Shown piece by piece: positions 1 to 10,178 of a stretch of DNA of 64,000 nucleotides; the first letter of the stretch is position 1, and each line of letters starts with the position of its first letter. Made by a program: the position numbers and the translations under genes. The DNA comes from a bacterium BMS3Abin08 (GTDB lineage: Bacteria; Nitrospirota; Thermodesulfovibrionia; Thermodesulfovibrionales; JdFR-85). The stretch lies in NCBI GenBank assembly GCA_002897935.1, contig BDTA01000015.1, positions 17,735-81,734 of the forward strand, read 5' to 3'. The notes beneath the pieces were generated by a model. The model was not told the origin of the DNA. It saw only the letters and a program-made list of their open reading frames with translations, and did no database searches.

Positions 1-537
1 TATTGCATCAACCTGACAGCCAAGGGGCGCCTTTACACAGAGGGAACATCTCTTGCATTTTATATCGGTGAGTTCTATCTCCGCCCTTGCTATCACTCCG
101 ATATCGGATGTCTTTGAACGGACACAGGAGAAGCCGCACCCTGAAAGGGATATTGTTGTCTTGCCCGGCTGAACCGCTTCAGCAAAGAGGTTATTCAGCC
201 TCTTTGCAAGATCACTAACCGGTGTGACGTTATAGAGACACCATCTCGAGCAGGCAATCACGTTTCTCATGTATCTCCCCGAGGAGCCCGGGTAAAGAGA
301 ATATGAAGAGAGAAGCCTCAGGGCATCCTCCCGGTATGCGGTTTCCACATCGGGTATTTCAACACACTGCCGGGGTGTAACATGGACAATCCCCGCACCG
401 TACCGTTCAGCTACATCCGCTATTACGCCTATCTGTGCGGATGTGAGTTCCGGAGAGAAAGGCTCAAGTGACCTGAGCCGGAGGGTTATCCGCTCTTTCA
501 TCCTCGCCGGTACTATTCCATTTTCTTCCATGTTCAT
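1..537 (-). CDS. nitrite/sulfite reductase-like 4Fe-4S protein (COG2221/DsrA-like), 3' end runs off the window
   Basis: My own translation of the minus strand. It starts MNMEENGIVPARMKERITLRL and contains LTSAQIGVIADVAERYGAGIVHVTPRQCVEIP (NIR/SIR ferredoxin-like half-domain), GCGFSCVRSKTSDIGV (siroheme/4Fe-4S Cys motif) and a following CxxCxxC. The ORF is open to position 1. The start could be 537 or 531. Confidence 0.55.
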   Translation of the reverse strand, partial: MNMEENGIVPARMKERITLRLRSLEPFSPELTSAQIGVIADVAERYGAGIVHVTPRQCVEIPDVETAYREDALRLLSSYSLYPGSSGRYMRNVIACSRWCLYNVTPVSDLAKRLNNLFAEAVQPGKTTISLSGCGFSCVRSKTSDIGVIARAEIELTDIKCKRCSLCVKAPLGCQVDAI

Positions 538-1182
538 CTCCCCTGCCGGTTTTTCTCTGTACATCCACAAGATTATATCCTGAGCCCGGTGGCCTGTGAG
601 CCGATCCGTGTATTGCTGTCCCTGAAGGGAACCTCCCCGCTGCAGAGACCGGGAGGATTGTAACTCTGATAAATTCAGGATGACAACGACGCTATATATC
701 TGGTTATCCGGAAACGATTATATTCTATACATATACTCATGGAATAACTATGATTTAAATCATAGTTCAAAACGACTTCCGGGAGCGTTCCGGTCAAGCG
801 AGGTTAAGCATTGAACTTTAAAATTTGCTCACAAATTGTGTTATTATGACTCATGAGGCTGCTGCCCGAATCGAAAAATGACGCTTACCGTCATTCTGAA
901 CTTGGTTAAGAATCCAACGAGAGTTAGTATGGAAATGTCCTTTCGTCGTCATACCCCGAAAGCGTTCGGTGCATCAGGAAGGCATGGAAACCACTGGATT
1001 GCAGCTTAAAGACTGCCGGAATGACAATAAACAGGGTTCAGCGCCCGTCCTGGATTTATTTCAGTGATGACAACTCATGGTTTGGGCAAGAACACATCAT
1101 TAAACTGACAAGTTCCGACCTTTGGTCGGAGAGTTCGGCTTGACCCCCGGTTGGAAACAGAACCAAAACTCCCGGCTGGCAA

Positions 1183-3042
1183 ATGGCAAAAAGACTCTCA
1201 ATCTATATAGGGATACTGGGTACTATAATATTTATTATTACCACGAGTGTCTATTATTTCCAGACAAGAAGGGCTCTGCTTCAGGAGATGTACTCACAGG
1301 GGGGGTTGATAGTTGACGAGAACAAGAAATCAATTAATAACTTCCTCAACGGCTTAAGAAATATTACTTCAGCCATATACCAGGACGGGGACATAAAGGC
1401 GTTCCTTGAGGGTGATATCAAGAAACGGCATATTATCGAAGAACGATTTCTCGGTCTCCAGCAGTCTATTCCCCTTATCCAGGCAATCCGGGTGTTAAAC
1501 ACCGGGGGGGACATCCTTATCTTTGTGAGAGAGCTCAGCAACCTCAGTGGCGCAGATGAATACCGTCCAATCTGTCTGAAAGGAAAGAGCTTTTATAAAA
1601 AGGCATTCAAGCTCAAAAAGCCGGTTATGCTCTTTTCAAACTTTGAGCGGGGACAACTGCCTGATACCGAGAAGTTTTGCCCCGCGATGATAAGAACGAT
1701 CATCCCCTATTTTTCCGCCGGCAAAAAGATCGGCTTTCTGATTGTGAACTTCTGGGGCAGTGCTATAGATACAGCTATTACAAATATCATCGGCGACGAA
1801 AAGGCATACTCTTTTCTGGTGGAGCTCAATACTGTGGATAAGGAACGGGACGGCATATTTGTTTTCCATAAAAAAAAGACATATGAGTTTGCCAACCAGT
1901 ACGGTACCGACTACAGGTTCTCCACTATCTATGGTAAAAATACGGAAACCTACCTGCGCAACAGAGAGAGCGGCCTGTACAAGATAAAGGGCAAGAATGA
2001 TTTCCTGATATTTACTACCATATACCCCTACAACAACAAGGAACAGGTATGGAAGGTCTGTACGGTTGTAAGTGGTGACTATTTTTACCGTAACCTCTAT
2101 GCCCTCAAGAAGAACTTCCTGTTTATAATGTTCATTGCGATCGTGATGAGTATTATTACAGGCGTGGCATTTTCAAGGAGGTTTGTCAGACCTTTCAGGA
2201 CAATAAAGGATGCCCTCCAGAGGTATGGCAATGGCGACCTGGACTACAGGTTCAAGGTAAAGGGCGATTATGAGGTAAATGAGATAGCCGGGAATATACA
2301 GAAGATGGCCACCTCATTAAAGAATTATTTACAGGAGCTGACAATATCGAGAAAGAAACTCGATACCATGGACAGGCTATCTTCGTTGGCGATTATATCG
2401 GCCGGACTTTCACATGAACTCAACACACCCCTGAATTCCATAATACTGCTTTCGAGGATGCTTTACGAGGAGACGGATGAACATCTGAGGGAGGATATCT
2501 CCACAATCAGGGAACAGGCGCTGCGGTGTGTCAATATCCTGAATGACCTGAAAAGGATATCCCCTATCTGGAATCAGAACGGTAATGTTTCAGAGATAAA
2601 CCTCAAGGATGTGGTTCTCAAACTAAAACCCCTCTTTGAACTTTCAGACAAAGGAGTGAATATCTCGTATGACCTCCGGGATTGCCTCATTAAAGGAAAA
2701 GAGATACACTTTGAACAGGTGGTATTGAATCTTACGCTAAATGCGATGGATGCATGCAAGAGCGGTTGCAAGATCATCATCAGTGTATTTTCTGAGGGAA
2801 ACAGGGCAGTTCTAAGGGTATCAGACAATGGATCAGGGATTCCGGAGAAGGATATCCATAGGATATTTGACCCCTTTTATACCACCAAATCTCCAGACAG
2901 GGGAACCGGGCTCGGTCTTTCTATCGTAGAAAATATTGTTAAACGATATGGCGGTATTATAAAGGTCGACTCACCGGCTGAACGTGGTACAACAATCGAA
3001 ATAAGCTTTGAGGAGAACGGGGATGAGGGTCCTGCTTATTGA
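1183..3042 (+). CDS. membrane sensor histidine kinase (HAMP-HisKA-HATPase)
   Basis: N-terminal TM segment, then a second TM followed by a HAMP-like stretch. H-box SHELNTPLNSI, N-box NLTLNAMDA, G-boxes DNGSGIP and GTGLGLSIV. Confidence 0.85.
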   Translation: MAKRLSIYIGILGTIIFIITTSVYYFQTRRALLQEMYSQGGLIVDENKKSINNFLNGLRNITSAIYQDGDIKAFLEGDIKKRHIIEERFLGLQQSIPLIQAIRVLNTGGDILIFVRELSNLSGADEYRPICLKGKSFYKKAFKLKKPVMLFSNFERGQLPDTEKFCPAMIRTIIPYFSAGKKIGFLIVNFWGSAIDTAITNIIGDEKAYSFLVELNTVDKERDGIFVFHKKKTYEFANQYGTDYRFSTIYGKNTETYLRNRESGLYKIKGKNDFLIFTTIYPYNNKEQVWKVCTVVSGDYFYRNLYALKKNFLFIMFIAIVMSIITGVAFSRRFVRPFRTIKDALQRYGNGDLDYRFKVKGDYEVNEIAGNIQKMATSLKNYLQELTISRKKLDTMDRLSSLAIISAGLSHELNTPLNSIILLSRMLYEETDEHLREDISTIREQALRCVNILNDLKRISPIWNQNGNVSEINLKDVVLKLKPLFELSDKGVNISYDLRDCLIKGKEIHFEQVVLNLTLNAMDACKSGCKIIISVFSEGNRAVLRVSDNGSGIPEKDIHRIFDPFYTTKSPDRGTGLGLSIVENIVKRYGGIIKVDSPAERGTTIEISFEENGDEGPAY

Positions 3043-4318
3043 GGACGATGATACCCTGAACAGGGTACTTCTGAGGACTTTAAGAAAAGAATTTGCTGTT
3101 GACGGTTTTACCTCGCCGGTAAGGGCGCTTGAAGTGTTTGAAAAGGGCTTTTACGACGTGGTTGTCAGCGACATAAAGATGCCCGACATTGCCGGCCTTG
3201 CAGTACTTAAAAGGGTCAAGAACGTCTCACCTGATACCGAGGTGCTCCTCATAACCGGCTTTGGTACAGTCGAGGAAAGCGTAAGTGCAATCAAACAGGG
3301 GGCATATGACTATATACTGAAACCCGTAGATTCATACCTCCTGATATCAAAGCTCAAGAAAATTAAGGAATTGAAGACACTGAAACAGTATAAATCTATT
3401 GAGTTGGAGAACCTTACCATAATATGCGAAGACCCGGAGATGAGGAAGGTCCTCGACCTTGCAGAGAGGGTTGCCAAGACGGACACGACCGTACTGATAA
3501 CCGGTGAGACAGGGACCGGTAAGGAGGTGGTATCAAGATTCATTCACTCCTGTAGTGACAGGAAAGACAACCCCTTTATAAGTATAAACTGTTCGAACAT
3601 CCAGGAGAACCTGTTTGAGAGTGAGATATTCGGTTTCGAAAAGGGCTCCTTTACAGGGGCGGAAAGGAACCGGCGTGGATTTATAGAAATGTCATCGGGT
3701 GGAACATTCTTCCTCGATGAGATAACCGAGATGCCCTTGCAGGTTCAATCCAAGTTCCTCAGGTTTATGGAGGAGAAGGCCTATTACAGGATTGGAGGTG
3801 AGCGGAAGATAACGGTAGATGTTAGAATAATAGCTGCTACAAACAAGGACCCGGAAGAGGGGGTCAGAAGTGGCGCCTTCAGGGAAGACCTCTATTACAG
3901 ACTGAATGTTTTCGGGATACACATACCGCCCCTCCGAACCAGACCAGGGGATATCGAGGCGCTCGCACGCTGCTTTATAAGAAAATTCGGAAGGATTAAT
4001 CCCCGCATAAAGGATATAACCGGGGAAGCGCTTTTAAACCTCCAGAACTACTCCTTCCCTGGTAATGTAAGGGAACTTTCCAACCTGATTGAACGGGCGA
4101 TGATAATCGAGAAAGGAGACCGGATCACCCTTGAAAGCCTGAGTTATCTGCCCTTCAAAAATCCCGAAAGTCCATTGAGAAGCCTTGATGAGGTGATAAA
4201 AGACCATATACTGAGGGCGCTTGAAGCAAACAGCGGTGACAAATCCAGGGCGGCGGAGTTACTCGGTATCGACCGGTCCACCCTCTATAGAAAATTGAAG
4301 GAATATGGATTCATGTAA
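3023..4318 (+). CDS. sigma-54-dependent response regulator (NtrC family)
   Basis: Receiver domain (LLIEDDD, VVSDIKMP). AAA+ Walker A GETGTGKE. GAFTGA-type loop (GSFTGA). C-terminal Fis-type HTH. The ATG at 3023 is preferred over the TTG at 3008. Overlaps the kinase stop, so the two genes are probably translationally coupled. Confidence 0.9.
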   Translation: MRVLLIEDDDTLNRVLLRTLRKEFAVDGFTSPVRALEVFEKGFYDVVVSDIKMPDIAGLAVLKRVKNVSPDTEVLLITGFGTVEESVSAIKQGAYDYILKPVDSYLLISKLKKIKELKTLKQYKSIELENLTIICEDPEMRKVLDLAERVAKTDTTVLITGETGTGKEVVSRFIHSCSDRKDNPFISINCSNIQENLFESEIFGFEKGSFTGAERNRRGFIEMSSGGTFFLDEITEMPLQVQSKFLRFMEEKAYYRIGGERKITVDVRIIAATNKDPEEGVRSGAFREDLYYRLNVFGIHIPPLRTRPGDIEALARCFIRKFGRINPRIKDITGEALLNLQNYSFPGNVRELSNLIERAMIIEKGDRITLESLSYLPFKNPESPLRSLDEVIKDHILRALEANSGDKSRAAELLGIDRSTLYRKLKEYGFM

Positions 4319-4403
4319 GTTGCAAAATCCTACACGACTATCCCCTTCCGTTGTAAAATGCGAAATATTTTATCAGTAAACCCGCTGTACGCCCCATTTC
4401 ATC

Positions 4404-4419
4404 AGGCACGTCTTTTGCG
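4404..4419 (+). promoter_or_regulatory. sigma-54 (-24/-12) promoter candidate
   Basis: AGGCACGTCTTTTGCG has GG-N10-GC spacing and matches TGGCAC-N5-TTGC. It lies about 140 nt upstream of the DsrE-like gene and directly downstream of the NtrC-type regulator. Confidence 0.55.
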
Positions 4420-4560
4420 TCTCCATTAGGAGGATCTATTTAAAAAGACACAAAATCTCCGCCTGTTAAAAAGCTCAGCTGCTATTAAACATGTGCCGTG
4501 TATACGCGGATTGGATGAAGCACAAATCTCAAGAAACAAGAAAGCAAAGGAGGCGTAGTA

Positions 4561-4992
4561 ATGAAAAGAACGGTTTTATTTTTGTTCCCATTGATTGCCC
4601 TGTTGTTTATGTTGGGAGGCGCAGGGAGTGCACTGGCTGGAGGGCCAACCCATCATCTCATTATTCAGGTAAGCGATGACAATCCCAGGACAATGAAAAT
4701 CGCTCTGAACAATGCCATGAATGTCGTTAAAGCACTGGGCCAGGACAATGTAGAGGTTGAAATAGTCGCTTACGGACCCGGGCTCAAACTCCTTCTCAAC
4801 AAGAATAAGGCATTCAGGGACAGGGTGCAGAGCCTGCAGTTTTACGGGATCCGTTTTGTTGCCTGCAAGAACACCATGAATAAAATGAAGGTTACGAAAA
4901 AAGATCTTGTCAGTGGTGTAACCGTTGTCCAGGCAGGAGTGCTGGAGATTATGACCAAGGAGGAACAGGGCTGGTCATATGTAAGGCCGTAA
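4561..4992 (+). CDS. secreted DsrE-family (COG1416-like) protein
   Basis: Strong RBS AAAGGAGG. Signal peptide ending ALAGG. The HHLIIQVSDDNP, VEIVAYGPG and FVACKNTM pattern is typical of the DsrE/COG1416 fold. Confidence 0.6.
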   Translation: MKRTVLFLFPLIALLFMLGGAGSALAGGPTHHLIIQVSDDNPRTMKIALNNAMNVVKALGQDNVEVEIVAYGPGLKLLLNKNKAFRDRVQSLQFYGIRFVACKNTMNKMKVTKKDLVSGVTVVQAGVLEIMTKEEQGWSYVRP

Positions 4993-5101
4993 ACGGTCAC
5001 CGTGTATATTTGAGGAGGGTGTTTTATCAATGCACAGCAGCATAAATCCGGGCCGTACCCCTTTTGGGTAGCATTATATAAAAAAAATCAAGGAGGTATT
5101 A

Positions 5102-5596
5102 ATGAAGGCAGGAAGGTTATTCACAGGTATTGCATTGGTTTTGATCACTGTGGGTTTGCTGGTCAGCCCCCGTACGGGTAACGCAGCAGAAAAGATTCGG
5201 AAGGCGATGTATCACTGTGATTTCGGCAAAGCAAAGAGGGTCGATGCCATGCTCCGCAACATCTACAATCTCGTCAATTACTACACTATCAACAATATCC
5301 CTTATGATGTAAGGGTGGTTTCCAACTCAGCCTGTGTCCAGTTTATGGTAAAAGACCGGAAGGGAACAAAGTTTGCAAAAAAGAAGATTCCGGCAAAGGT
5401 GGCAAAGTCCATCGAGGAAAGAATGGCGAGTTTAGTTGATGGATACAATCTCAAGGTGGAGCAGTGCGCTATAACCCTTCAGAGAACAAATATAGCCAGG
5501 AGCAAATTGAAACCCTTTGTCAGTGTTATACCATCAGGACAGGTAAGGGTGGTTGAGCTGCATGATAAAGGGTTTGCCTATATAAAAGTCAAATAA
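5102..5596 (+). CDS. secreted hypothetical protein, distant DsrE/COG1416-like
   Basis: RBS AAGGAGG and a signal peptide (TGNAAE). Same architecture as the upstream gene (YHCDFG, VRVVSNSACVQF, VIPSGQVRVVEL). Confidence 0.4.
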   Translation: MKAGRLFTGIALVLITVGLLVSPRTGNAAEKIRKAMYHCDFGKAKRVDAMLRNIYNLVNYYTINNIPYDVRVVSNSACVQFMVKDRKGTKFAKKKIPAKVAKSIEERMASLVDGYNLKVEQCAITLQRTNIARSKLKPFVSVIPSGQVRVVELHDKGFAYIKVK

Positions 5597-5607
5597 CATC
5601 GTCAGAG

Positions 5608-5656
5608 TCGGGCTCTCCGACCAAAGGTCGGGGCTTTCGGCAAGGTGCATTGTAAA
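5608..5656. repeat. REP-like hairpin element (CCGACCAAAGGTCGG core plus GGCAAGGTGCATTGTAAA tail)
   Basis: The same unit recurs at about 1108-1150, 13176-13236, 21840-21880, 23868-23909, 27661-27720, 28025-28070, 29404-29440, 35608-35663, 35950-36013 and 39995-40050, in both orientations. Confidence 0.7.
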
Positions 5657-5945
5657 GTAGGGGTATTATCGGCCTCCGACAGTCATTGCTCCACGCACCC
5701 CCGGGTGCCCGCAATGACTGTCGGAAAAATACTTTCCGGACATTATAATCAATTCAGGCTCTCCTTATTTCGGTTCCCCTCAAAGCTGTCACCCCTAACC
5801 ATGTGCCCCGAAAACTTCCGGGGTATTGTTTCAGCTTCTCATGAGATGCTAAAACAGGTTTAGAAAGCATTGGAAACATGGATTCCGGCTTAAGGACTGC
5901 CGGAATGACAGATGGAAAAATTGAGTTTACACACAGATTCTAAAT

Positions 5946-6089
5946 AGAGTCTGTGTATAAATTGCCGTTTTTTATTTTTGTCATGTCCCGAAAGCGTTCG
6001 GGATAACCGGAACTTATTGAAAAGACTGGATTCCGGCCTAAGGACTGCCGGAATGACAGATAGAGAGACTGACTTTATACACAGACTCT
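5946..6089. repeat. MITE-like element with 16-bp terminal inverted repeats (AGAGTCTGTGTATAAA ... TTTATACACAGACTCT)
   Basis: 144 bp. Perfect TIRs. Two internal hairpin modules (TCCCGAAagcgTTCGGGA and ATTCCGGCctaaggactGCCGGAAT). A truncated copy abuts it at 5880-5943. Confidence 0.75.
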
Positions 6090-6459
6090 ATTTAACCCCC
6101 GATTAATTCTTTGACTGCGCAAGATAACTTAAAGCATAACTTTAGCATTATGTCTCTAACATCTTGTTATTATTAATAGTATTACGAGAGTCAATACAAC
6201 ATTAAGGTCTATCCCGGTATACAGGCACTATTGATGGCGATGCAGGGCGGATAAAGACGTGTCAGGAAGGCGGTAGCGTAGCGAGATCAGCAGATCCGGA
6301 AACTATTATGTGAACCTCCCCGCCGCAGAGACTGGGGGTATTGAAAACTGGATCATCTCCAAATTAGTCGATGAGTGGCCAAGGATTCAAGTGGATACAG
6401 GAGATATTGAAAGAATGTTGAAGGGATTTATTATCTGAATCTTTGCAAAACAAACCCGT

Positions 6460-6491
6460 GAACCCTCGAACCCTCGAATCCCTGAACCCTT
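6460..6491. repeat. tandem octamer GAACCCTC x4 (degenerate)
   Basis: GAACCCTC GAACCCTC GAATCCCT GAACCCTT, read directly from the sequence, immediately downstream of the mlaC stop. Confidence 0.6.
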
Positions 6492-6513
6492 TCTATCATC
6501 TCTTCCGGGTACT

Positions 6514-7188
6514 TCAATCCTTTTTTGCCACCTTTGCCTTCATGACTTTTACGAGATAGGCGTATGGTTTTGAATGCAGGATGCTGCTGAACTGCATTCT
6601 GTAATTATTCACAAGACTCACACCCTCAATCACGACATCATATACTTCCCACCTGCCCTCCTTGCTCAAAAGGCGATACTCAATCGGGATCTCCGTATTC
6701 ACTGCCGTAATGATCTTCGTCCTGACCGTTGCATATCCGTCGTCAATATTCTCGTCTGTATATACAATTTTTTCATCACTGTATGCCTCGATCTTCTTTA
6801 TATATGCCTTCTCGATAATTCTACTGAACAGCGCTGTAAACTCCTTTCTCTCATCAGGGGTTCTCTTCCTCCAGTAGAGACCAAGCGCCCTTCTGCCTAT
6901 TTCCTCAAAGTTGAATCTCGCCTCGATGGTCTCCCTCAGTTTCTTTCTCCGGAGTTCCTCCATTCCCGGTTTTTTAAATGACTTATCCCTAAGGATCTCC
7001 AGCACCTTGTCAACGGTACCCTTTATCTGCTCTAAAGGGGCACCGGCCTCTGCAGGTCCGGCACAGAGGATAAAAAGAATGCTTGCAAGAAGAAATATAT
7101 ATACTGCGGAGCCGAGGACCGGAATTCGGGTACCTGAACAATCCCTCTGATTCCTGCTACGCAGGGTCAGGACATTAAATTTCAACAT
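6514..7188 (-). CDS. mlaC: phospholipid-binding protein MlaC (Ttg2D/toluene-tolerance family)
   Basis: Signal/anchor segment, then the typical MlaC pattern (RRALGLYWR, FTALFSRIIEKAY, WEVYDVVIEGVSLVNNYR). Last gene of the mla cluster. Confidence 0.8.
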   Translation of the reverse strand: MLKFNVLTLRSRNQRDCSGTRIPVLGSAVYIFLLASILFILCAGPAEAGAPLEQIKGTVDKVLEILRDKSFKKPGMEELRRKKLRETIEARFNFEEIGRRALGLYWRKRTPDERKEFTALFSRIIEKAYIKKIEAYSDEKIVYTDENIDDGYATVRTKIITAVNTEIPIEYRLLSKEGRWEVYDVVIEGVSLVNNYRMQFSSILHSKPYAYLVKVMKAKVAKKD

Positions 7189-7222
7189 CAGATCTGCTTC
7201 CTCCTTTTGTTTTTGTTAAAGC

Positions 7223-7978
7223 TTATTTCCTTATCTGATCCCTTCTGTGCTGAATGTATGCATCCTGCACTGCAACATAGGGATCAATTGAGGACTCCTT
7301 TAGATCCTCATACTCACCGAGATGTAATGATACATCGTTTACAAGGACATAAGCCCTGATACTCGCTGTTGTTTCAATCTTAAATATGTAATCCAGTGGT
7401 TCAAGGAAGATATCCCCCACAAAACCAACGGTATCACGTAGAGAAGAGGGACCAAGAAACGGCCACACAACATAAAAGCCGTTATCCACCCCGTAATAAC
7501 CGAGCGTCTGTCCCAGATCCTCATTTGTACTCTCCAAGTGAAACTCCCTCCCGGCAACATCGTCAAGACCAAGAACACCCGCTGTTGTATTAATACCAAA
7601 CCTCGCAACCTCTGTGGCTGCTCCACTGAATTTTCCCTGCAGGAGTGCATTTACCATCCGTATAGGGGTGCTGAGATTTCTGAAAAAATTCCTGATTACG
7701 ACCCTTATGTCCTGGGGGAATATATATGAATACCCCTGGGCAACAGGCTTCAATATCCAGAAATAAAACCTGTCATTGAATTCAAAAGAAATCCTGTTGA
7801 AACCCTCAAAAGGGTCGGAAACACCCTCATATTCAGCGGTGGGTAGTGTTTCAGGCTGAACTTCAATGGGGGCGTCCCTATCATTATCATTCAAGGCGTA
7901 AACCCCCGGAGGACTAAATACAGGGGCAAGGAGAGGGAGTAATAAGACCGTCAAAAAAAAGCCTTTATTAATATACAT
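7223..7978 (-). CDS. mlaA: MlaA/VacJ family lipoprotein
   Basis: N-terminal signal. DPFEGFNR, GINTTAGVLGLDDVA and GPSSLRD motifs characteristic of VacJ. Confidence 0.85.
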   Translation of the reverse strand: MYINKGFFLTVLLLPLLAPVFSPPGVYALNDNDRDAPIEVQPETLPTAEYEGVSDPFEGFNRISFEFNDRFYFWILKPVAQGYSYIFPQDIRVVIRNFFRNLSTPIRMVNALLQGKFSGAATEVARFGINTTAGVLGLDDVAGREFHLESTNEDLGQTLGYYGVDNGFYVVWPFLGPSSLRDTVGFVGDIFLEPLDYIFKIETTASIRAYVLVNDVSLHLGEYEDLKESSIDPYVAVQDAYIQHRRDQIRK

Positions 7979-8147
7979 TACCTAACTAACCTCCGAATGG
8001 GTATATCTTAACATTAACACCTCGGGTTCTTCTCCTATTTACCTGCTGAAAAAGGGTCAAGGATTCAAGTGAACAATCTTTCCTCTCGAAGCCTTATGTT
8101 TTCAGCCGCTATTGTGGAATTGACCTCTTTGTAATAACAAAAAAGCC

Positions 8148-8597
8148 TTACTGCACCTTACCGAAGACATAGCTGGATATCAAGTCCTCAATATCAATAG
8201 CAGATTCCGTATCCCTTATTTTCCCCCCCTTGGCAATAAGTTTTTCAGACCCTCCAGGAGTAATCTGTATATACTTTTCTCCAATTAACCCCTTAGTTTT
8301 GATTGATGCAATGGCATCTTCCTGTATCTTCACATCTCTATGCAGTTGGATTCCTACCAGTGCCTGATAATCCTTGTCAAGGACCACGCTTTTTACCTTA
8401 CCAACCTCAACCCCGGCAATCTCCACCACAGAACCCGGTTTTATCCCACCCGCGCGGTCAAATGCAGCATAAACAACGTACCCCTTACTCCCTATAACCT
8501 CAAGCCTCCCAAGCCTGATAGACAGATATGCAAGCGATAAAATGCCGATGAGCACGAAAAAACCTACCATTACTTCAATATTAAACCTCTTCTTCAT
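8148..8597 (-). CDS. mlaD: MlaD (MCE-domain) protein
   Basis: N-terminal TM followed by an MCE domain (GIKPGSVVEIAGVEVGKV, GLIGEKYIQITPG). Confidence 0.85.
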   Translation of the reverse strand: MKKRFNIEVMVGFFVLIGILSLAYLSIRLGRLEVIGSKGYVVYAAFDRAGGIKPGSVVEIAGVEVGKVKSVVLDKDYQALVGIQLHRDVKIQEDAIASIKTKGLIGEKYIQITPGGSEKLIAKGGKIRDTESAIDIEDLISSYVFGKVQ

Positions 8598-8612
8598 GAC
8601 TCCTCCGTATTC

Positions 8613-9362
8613 CTACGTTAACACCTCGATTGGTCCTTCAAGACTCCCTGTAATGAACTGCCTTAGAACCGGATTAGTTGACCGCATAATCTCTTCAGGT
8701 GTCCCTGTCTCAACAATTATCCCATCATGCAGCATGGCAACCCTGTCGGCAACATCGAATATCTCGGGAATCTCATGACTTATTATAACACCCGTAAAGC
8801 CGTATTTTTGATGCGTCCTCTTGATAAGGTTATGAATGGAATGCAAAATAATAGGATCCAAACCCGTCGTTGGTTCGTCAAAGAGCACGATGGATGGTTC
8901 GCTAATCAATGCCCTTGCAAGGGCTACCCTTTTTTTCATACCTCCGCTCAATTCCGCCGGATATTTGTATCCAATATCCTTAAGCCCTACATCCTCCAGC
9001 GAGTGGATAACTCTCTTATGGATATCCTCTCTATTTAGCTTTGTCTTCTCCTGCAGGGGAAAGGCCACATTTTCATATACCGTGAGTGAATCAAAGAGGG
9101 CTCCACCCTGAAAGAGAACTCCAAACTTCTCCCTCAGCGTGCAGACATCGCCCTTGCAGGTTTTCGAAATATCCTCACCTTCAACCAGGATCCGGCCTTC
9201 ATCCAGGGGGTGAAGGCCGATGAGGAGCTTCAAAAGAACACTCTTTCCTACGCCGCTCCTTCCTATAATGGCAAGGAGTTCACCACTGTTGACCGTCAGT
9301 GTAACCCCTTTCAGGACTTCCTGACCGTTGAAGGACTTCTTGACATCAAATATCCTGATCAT
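8613..9362 (-). CDS. mlaF: ABC transporter ATP-binding protein MlaF
   Basis: Walker A GRSGVGKS, signature LSGGMKKR, Walker B VLFDEPT. Confidence 0.9.
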   Translation of the reverse strand: MIRIFDVKKSFNGQEVLKGVTLTVNSGELLAIIGRSGVGKSVLLKLLIGLHPLDEGRILVEGEDISKTCKGDVCTLREKFGVLFQGGALFDSLTVYENVAFPLQEKTKLNREDIHKRVIHSLEDVGLKDIGYKYPAELSGGMKKRVALARALISEPSIVLFDEPTTGLDPIILHSIHNLIKRTHQKYGFTGVIISHEIPEIFDVADRVAMLHDGIIVETGTPEEIMRSTNPVLRQFITGSLEGPIEVLT

Positions 9363-9365
9363 TTC

Positions 9366-10178
9366 CTAAAGCCACACTGAAGCAATAAAATAATCCCATA
9401 CAAGAACTATCACGGATGACAGGACCACTGCCTCTGTGGTTGACTTGCTTACGCCCTTTGCTCCGTATCCGGTGGTATACCCCTTGTAACAGCTAATCCA
9501 GGAGATAATAAGACCGAAGCTGAAGGATTTCACAAGCCCCATCCAGATGTCTTCCATATCGACGAAGTTCTCCATCTGTGAAAAATAGGTCCCGGAACCG
9601 AGCCCGAGCAGTTTTACAGCCACTACCCACCCACCATAAATACCGACAACATCAAAGATGGCTGTCAACAGGGGAACGGATATGATGGCCGCAACTATAT
9701 TGGGAACTACCAAATATCGCATAGGACTCAACGCCATGGATAAAAGTGCATCAATCTGTTCGGTTATTTTCATTATCCCGATCTCCGCTGTCAAGGCGGA
9801 GCCGGCACGGCCCGTTACCATAAGGGCTGTTAAAACAGGCCCCAGTTCCCTTATGAGACTTAACGCCACGGCAGGACCGAGGAGTGCATCGGAACCGAAC
9901 TTCCTCAGAGTATAAAACCCCTGGAGGGAAAGCACCATACCTGCAAACATGCCTGTTAACAACACAATCACCAGAGACTTGTTACCAAAGAACAGCATCT
10001 GTCTGATAAATATTCTGAACTTAAAAGGCGGAATAAATATGGAATACAAGGATTTTATAAGGAAGAGGAACATGTCTCCAAGTGTCCTGAGATTCCCGAG
10101 AGTCCATGCGCCAACGGCCTGGAGCAGGGACAGAAACCACTCTACTGTAAGGTTACTCATCATATTCCTTTCTGTCAT
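9366..10178 (-). CDS. mlaE: ABC transporter permease MlaE
   Basis: Multi-TM protein with the MlaE pattern (REL GPVLTALMVTGRAGSA, EIGIMKITEQIDAL). Confidence 0.9.
   Translation of the reverse strand: MTERNMMSNLTVEWFLSLLQAVGAWTLGNLRTLGDMFLFLIKSLYSIFIPPFKFRIFIRQMLFFGNKSLVIVLLTGMFAGMVLSLQGFYTLRKFGSDALLGPAVALSLIRELGPVLTALMVTGRAGSALTAEIGIMKITEQIDALLSMALSPMRYLVVPNIVAAIISVPLLTAIFDVVGIYGGWVVAVKLLGLGSGTYFSQMENFVDMEDIWMGLVKSFSFGLIISWISCYKGYTTGYGAKGVSKSTTEAVVLSSVIVLVWDYFIASVWL

Noticed and set aside
5645-5863. 72-aa ORF in the long intergenic region after the DsrE-like genes. ORF 35782-36075 is of the same kind.
   Set aside because: Both are composed of REP-like and MITE sequence, lack an RBS and have low-complexity, repeat-derived translations.
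5880-6089. CRISPR array suspected because of the regularly recurring ~16-bp sequences (TTTATACACAGACTCT) in many intergenic regions.
   Set aside because: The 16-mers occur as inverted pairs that bound conserved 110-120-bp interiors, not as direct repeats separated by unique spacers. No cas genes are present. The pattern is MITE-like, not CRISPR.
6100-6513. Searched the long repeat-poor parts of the intergenic regions (6100-6513, 13400-13724, 24015-24350, 54681-54925) for tRNA, tmRNA or other RNA genes.
   Set aside because: No cloverleaf-compatible sequence (GTTCRANYC T-loop with matching acceptor stem) or other recognisable RNA signature was seen by eye. tRNAscan-SE and cmscan would be needed to exclude them formally.
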